Below are positions 58,074-64,000 of a stretch of DNA of 64,000 bases, piece after piece (position 1 is the first letter of the stretch; every line of letters starts with the position of its first letter). The stretch covers positions 78,554,001 to 78,618,000 of the forward strand of contig NC_091980.1 of NCBI RefSeq assembly GCF_044704955.1. Direction: 5' to 3'. Below the pieces are notes generated by a model. The model was not told the DNA's origin. It made no database searches and saw only the letters and a list, made by a program, of their open reading frames with translations. Source of the DNA: Pristiophorus japonicus (lineage: Eukaryota). The translations under genes and the position numbers were made by a program.

Positions 58074-61028
58074 TTAGAGTCGTTTTAGCTGGGACCAGTG
58101 TTTCCACCGTCCTACTCCATTCATATCCATACATGCACACGTGTCCCACTGATCAATATCTCGTATGGTCTCGACCACTGCGGCGCGAATCCAGTTCGTC
58201 CCGGTAGCCCCTTAACCATTACTTTCTCCCCCACTGGGGGAAGATCTGCCATGGACTCTAGCTCTTCTTGTTCGTCCCTGCCTACCTGTCATTCTCTTAC
58301 TTCCTGTCTCATATGCTTAAGTTGCTTACTTAACTCCATTACATATCTCCTAATCTGATCCCGCAATGGGCCCACATCAGACCCTCCTGTGATTATAACT
58401 TCGAGTAATTGCATTGCCCGACCAGTCATGAGCTCATATGTAGTTAATCCTGTTGTCCGGTTAGGGGGGTGACCTTTGTCTCATCAGGATAGCAGGCAGC
58501 AGCTCAGCCCAAGCCTGTCCGGTTTCTTGGATGGCTTTTGACAGAGCCGTCTTTATTGTCCGATTCATCCATTCTACCAACCCTGAACTCTGCGGGTGGT
58601 AGGGGATGTGAAATTTTTGTTAAATGCTCAATGTGGTGCATAATAATTTTACCGCCTGCCCTGTGAAGTGGGTTCCCTGATCGGCGTCTATTTGAGTGGG
58701 ATGTCCCAGCGGGACATCACCTCCTCAGCTAAGATACGAGCTACTGTGGTAGCAGTACAGTTTCGGGTAGCAAAAGCTTCCACCCACCGTGTAAACAAAT
58801 CAATTATTACTAGACAGTATTTCTTTCCTCTAGAGCTTGGCAGTGGTCCCGTGAAATCAATTTGTATATTCTCCCATAACCCACGCGGCCGTGGTTGATG
58901 GGCCATTCTAATTTTAATGGCCTTTCCCGGATTATGTTGGGCTCATGTAATGCAATGCTGGCAATATTTAGCAATGTCTCGTCCCATGCCTGGTCACCAC
59001 CAATCTCTAGAGACACTACTGATCATGGCATTTCGCCCGGCATGGTTAATGCTGTGGTGCAGTTCCATGGGCATCTTTCTTATATAAGTGGGGGCTGCCA
59101 CTTTATCGTCCTTTCTCCACATGGAGTCTGGATCTGGTGCCCCTCCGTCTTTTTCATTCTGTCTTTTCTTCATCACTTACATCTGCATGTAATTTTACAA
59201 TGTCAATATCTTCTTTAGTAATCATACTACTTGCTGATTCCTCCCTCACTTCGGACGAGGCTGCTACTTCCTGTGCAGCCTTGTCCGCCACCTCATTACC
59301 TCTCTGGACATTGTCCACCACTCTCTGGTGGGCTTTAACCTTTATTACCGCTGCCTCGGTGGGTTTACTAGCTGCATCTAATTTGGCCTTCATGTTTGAT
59401 GGCCTCCCCACCTGAGGTGACGAACCCCCGCCTCCCCCAGGCGGTCATGTAGTCATGCACTACTCCAAAAGTACAGCGGCTGTCTGTGTAGATATTTGCC
59501 CGCTTGCCTTCAGCTAATTGGAGGATTTCTGTCAGGGCAGTGAGCTCTGGCACTTGTGCGGAAAGTCATCCGTCCAGTCTCCCACTTAAGATGATGTCAA
59601 GTGCTCCATTGACCACCGCCCACCCTGTATGTGGGGTCCCTTGGATATATTTGCGGGACCCGTCTACATAAAAGGTTAAATCAGGGTCCCCGAGTGGGAT
59701 TTCACTTATGTTTCCGGGTGAGTCTTCCCACTCTCGGGCGTGGTACTCATGGGGTTCACCTGTGACCAGGAGACCCTCTGCAGGGTTTTCACCTATGTCC
59801 TGTACTATTTTTATGGACTCATCATGGGGGGGTAAAAATGCCTCCCATTTAGCCCTGCGTACATTGGACACGGATTTTAGTTTCCCGGTGTTGAGCATTC
59901 CTACCAGAGTGTGTTTAGTGTGCAGTACAATCTCCCCGGTCATCACTACCGGTTCACTGACTTTCACTGCCCAAGTTGCACAGTCCAGAGCTGCCACACA
60001 CCGGGACAGACTGGCCGCCACGGGTGACTGTTGGATTGAGTAATAGGCTACAGGACGCATCCTGTCCCCATGCATCTGAGTGACCATTGCCCCTTAGAAT
60101 CCTTCCTCATTTTCGCAGTAAATGTGGAACGGTATGTCCATGTTCGGGAGTCCCAGGCCAGTTGCAGACATTAAGACTTCATTCAATTACCATATGCTAC
60201 GTCCTGCTCTGGGACCCATTCTACACTCTCTAGGGAGGATTTCCCTCCTTTCACTAATTTCTGTATTGGTTCTGCTGTGTCTGCAAAGTTGGCTATAAAG
60301 TTCCTGCAGTAATTAAAGAGTCCCAGTACTTTCCGTACCCACTGTCTTTGGGCAGGGCATGATTCTGATAGCTTCTTTCCTATCTTGAGACATTGTTCTG
60401 GTCCCTTGTGATATCTCATGTCCCAAATATTGTACCACTGTCTGTCCGATCTGGGCTTTCTTGGGATTGGCTTTAAATCCCACCTTTTGTAGGGTCACTA
60501 AGATTTCTATGAGAGCACCCGTGTGTCCCCGTTCATCCTCCGAGGCGATCACACTGGATGAATGTGCTTCTGTAAGGGGTTAGGTCCACTTTTTCTAGGG
60601 CTCGACTCACTATCCGGTGAAATATTGCCAGGCTATTGTGGAATCCCTGTGGCACCCGTGTCCAGGTATATTGGCGGTCCCCTACAGTAAAGGCAAATTT
60701 GTCCTGTGACTCCCGAGCCAGAGGTATGGACCAAAATCCATTGGCTATGTCAAGTACTGTGAATATCTTGTACAATTTATTTGACTGCCTCCCTGGCTTC
60801 AGGTTTGATTGGATATTGTTTATGAGGGGTGTGTTCGGGACCCGGGACAATGATTGTGTTGGTGTCAACCAGCCCGCAACCATATTTGGACCGTGCCCAC
60901 ATTCCATCAATCTGTAGACACACAGAGGCATACCCTTTTAATGTAGCCCAGTCCCTGGTGAGGAGTTGTATGCTCTCCACCTTTCCATGGTTGTCCAATT
61001 TATTTTGTTCCCCAAAGGTAGTAGTTTT
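58074..61028 (-). pseudogene. pol: Retroviral pol: RT, tether, RNase H, integrase
   Basis: KQYPIK, VLDIANGFWSIPL, YTWTRVPQGFHNS, LGLFNYCRNFI, RPVAYYS, FYVDGS, NIYTDS, IKVKAH, QIDFTGPLP, YHPQSSGLVE; YxDD codons deleted at ~60555. Confidence 0.93.
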
Positions 61029-63339
61029 AGAAACATAGAAACATAGAAAATAGGTGCAGGAGTAGGCCATTCGGCCCTTTGAGCCTGCATCACCATTCAA
61101 TAAGATCATGGCTGATCATTCACCTCAGTACCTCTTTCCTGCTTTCTCTCCACACTCCTTGATCCCTTTAGCTGTAAGGGCCATATCTAACTCCCTCTTG
61201 AATATATCTAACGAACTGGCAATAACAACTCTCTGCGGTAGAGAATTCCACAGATTAACAACACTCTGAGTGAAGAGGTTTCTCCTCATCTCGGTCCTAA
61301 ATGGCTTACGCTTTATCCTTAGACTGTGTCCTCTGGTTCTGGACTTCCCCAACATTGGGAACATTCTTCCTGAATCTAACCTGTCCAGTCCCATCAGAAT
61401 TTTATATGTTTCTATGAGATCCCCTCTCATTCTTCTAAATTCCAGTGAATACAGGCCTAGTCGATCCAATCTCTCCACATATGTCAGTCCTGCAATCTTG
61501 GGAATCAGTCCTGTGAACCTTTGTTGCACTCCCTCAATAGCAAGAATGTCCTTCCTCAGATTAGGAGACCAAAACTGAACACAATATTCCAGGTGAGGCC
61601 TCACCAAGGCACTATACAGCTGCAGTAAGACCTCCCTGCTCCTATACTCAAATCCCCTAGCTATTAAGGCCAACATGCCATTTGCCTTCTTCACCGCCTG
61701 CTGTACCTGCATGCCAACTTTCAATGACTGATGTACCATGACACCAAGGTCTCGTTGCACCTCCCCTTTTCCTACTCTGCTGTCATTCAGATAATATTCT
61801 GCCTTCATGTTTTTGCCACCGAAGTGGATAACCTCACATTTATCCACATTATACTGCATCTGCCATGCATTGCCCACTCACCTAACCTGTCCAAGTCACC
61901 CTGCAGCCTTTTAGCATCCTCCTCACAGCTCACACTGCCACGCAGTTTAGTGTCATCTGCAAACCTGGAGATATTACTCTCAATTCCTTCATCTTAATCA
62001 TTGATGTATATTGTAAATAGCTGGGGTCCCAGCACTGAGTCCTGCGGCACCCCACTAGTCACTGCCTGCCATTCTGAAAAGGAACTGATTATCCTGATTC
62101 CCTGCTTCCTGTCTGCCAACCAGTTCTCTATCCACGTCAGTACATTACCCCCAATACCATGTGCTTTAATTTTGCACACCAATCTCTTGTGTGGAACCTT
62201 GTCAAAAGCCTATTGAAAGTCCAAATACACCACATCCACTGGTTCTCCCTTGTCCACGCTACTCGTTACATCCTCAAAAATTTCTAGAAGATTTGTCAGG
62301 CATGATTTCCCTTTCATAAATCCATGCTGACTTAGACCAATCCTATCACTGCTTTTCAAATGCGCTGCTATTTCATCTTTAATAATTGATTCCAACATTT
62401 TCCCTACTGCTGATGTCAGGCTAACTGGTCTATAATTACCTGTTTCCTCTTTCCCTCCTTTTTTAAAAAGTGGTGTTACATTAGCTATACTCCAGTCCAT
62501 AGGAACTGATCCAGAGTCGATCCAGAGTTGGAAAATGATCACCAATGCATCCACTATTTGTAGGGCCACTTCCTTAAGTACTCTGGGATGCTGACTATCA
62601 GGCCCTGGGGATTTATTGGTCTTCAAGCCAATCAATTTCCCTAACACCATTTCCTTACTAATAAGGATTTCCTTCAGTTCCTCCTTCTCGCTAGACCCTC
62701 AGTCCCCTAGTACTTCCGGAAGGTTATTTATGTCTTCCTTCCTGAAAACAGAACCAAAGTATTTGTTCAATTGGTCTGCCATTTCCTTGGTCCCCATTAT
62801 AAATTCACCTGATTCTGACTGCAAGTGACCTATGTTTGTCTTCACTAATCTTTTTCTCTTCATATTTCTATAAAAGCTTTAGCAGTCAGTTTTTATGTTC
62901 CCAGCAAGTTTCCTCTCATACTCTATTTCCCCCCTCCTAATTAAACCCTTTGTCCTCCTCTGCTGAATTCTAAATTTCTCCGAGTCCTCAAGTTTGCTGC
63001 TTTTTTTGGCCAATTTATATGCCTCTTCCTTGGATTTAACACTTTCCCTAATGTCCCTTGTTTCCCACGGTTGAGCCACCTTCCCCACTTTATTTTTACT
63101 CCTGACAGGGATATATAATTGTTGAAGTTCATCCATGTGATCTTTAAATGTTTATCATTGCCTATCCACCGTCAACCCTTTAAGTATCATTCGCCAGTCT
63201 ATTCTAGTCAATTTACGTCTCATATCATTGAAGTTACCTTTCCTTAAGTTCAGGACCCTAGTCTCTGAATTAACTATGTCACTCTCCATCTTAATAAAGA
63301 ATTTTACCATATTATGGTTACTCTACCCCAAGGGGCCTC
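61029..63339 (-). mobile_element. CR1 LINE (2.3 kb) inserted between ERV protease and RT
   Basis: ORFs 62879-63136, 62210-62650 (KSPGPD, YLDFQ), 61994-62182 and 61125-61877; (AGAAACAT)n tail. Confidence 0.94.
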
Positions 63340-63488
63340 ACGCTTATTTGGACTTCTCGAAATTATTTTCCTCCCCTGGGGATCAATCAACGCTCCTAAT
63401 TGTTCTAGGAAGTCGATTCCTAATTGTACCCTCATTATTGGGATAGACATAAAATTGTGCGGGGATTAGAATCCCTGCCACCTCCAAT
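63340..63488 (-). pseudogene. ERV protease C-terminal fragment
   Basis: Translates, with one frameshift, as LEVAGILIPAQFYVYPNNEGTI/LGIDFLEQLGALID (the ILGxDFL retropepsin motif). Confidence 0.7.
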
Positions 63489-64000
63489 AGAAACATAGAA
63501 ACATAGAAAATAGGTGCAGGAGTAGGCCATTCGGCCCTTCTAGCCTGCACCGCCATTCAATGAGTTCATGGCTGAACATTCAACTTCAGTACCCCATTCC
63601 TGCTTTCTCGCCATACCCCTTGATCCCCCTAGTAGTAAGGACCTCATCTAACTCCTTTTTGAATATATTTAGTGAATTGGCCTCAACAACTTTCTGTGGT
63701 AGAGAATTCCACAGGTTCACCACTCTCTGGGTGAAGAAGTTCCTCCGCATCTCGGTCCTAAATGGCTTACCCCTTATCCTTAGACTGTGACCTCTGGTTC
63801 TGGACTTCCCCAACATTGGGAACATTCTTCCTGCATCTAACCTGTCTAACCCCGTCAGAATTTTAAATGTTTCTATGAGGTCCCCTCTCATTCTTCTGAA
63901 CTCCAGTGAATACAAGCACAGTTGATCCAGTCTTTCTTGATAGGTCAGTCCCGCCATCCCGGGAATCAGTCTGGTGAACCTTCGCTGCACTCCCTCAATA
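63489..64000 (-). mobile_element. CR1 3' end, running off the window
   Basis: ORF 63586-63990; (AGAAACAT)n tail. Confidence 0.93.

Larger units (their letters stand above)
56397..63488 (-). mobile_element. Decayed endogenous retrovirus (lokiretrovirus/spuma-related): pro-pol-env-3' LTR; gag and 5' LTR outside window
   Basis: Protease end 63340-63488; RT, tether, RNase H and integrase 58074-61028; env 57027-58035; PPT AAAGGGGGGA at 56894-56903; LTR from 56892. Confidence 0.9.

Noticed and set aside
56397-63488. Typical foamy virus or gamma/epsilon ERV
   Set aside because: Only ~130 bp separate env from the LTR (no accessory genes), the PPT is not the foamy AGGAGAGGG, and env lacks CX6CC. Phylogeny is still needed to exclude these formally.

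Overview
Repeat-dominated eukaryotic DNA with no recognisable host exon. CR1 LINEs with (TTTCTATG/TTCTTATG)n tails, RTE and L2 LINEs, Harbinger relics and Penelope-type termini suggest a vertebrate, probably a cartilaginous fish (inference). Left to right: (1) a five-layer nest at 1-14356 (CR1 > tRNA-Pro ERV > Gypsy A > Gypsy B > CR1); (2) several decayed PIF/Harbinger transposons (HARBI1-like transposase plus spliced Myb/SANT gene), one split by an RTE that carries a 41-bp tandem array inside its TSD; (3) Penelope-type termini with a minimal hammerhead core; (4) a 2.7-kb LTR element with gag+protease only; (5) a ~10-kb block of 27-bp satellite whose consensus unit contains CACAGTG, invaded by a solo LTR, a MITE, CR1s and a duplicated 1.3-kb LTR; (6) a decayed endogenous retrovirus (~56397-63488, minus) with spuma-like RT, tether plus RNase H, GPY/F-type integrase and a Cys-rich env resembling Mononegavirales F proteins. 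That last element is a lokiretrovirus candidate and the most notable item. All calls come from reading the sequence and ORF track; no searches were run.
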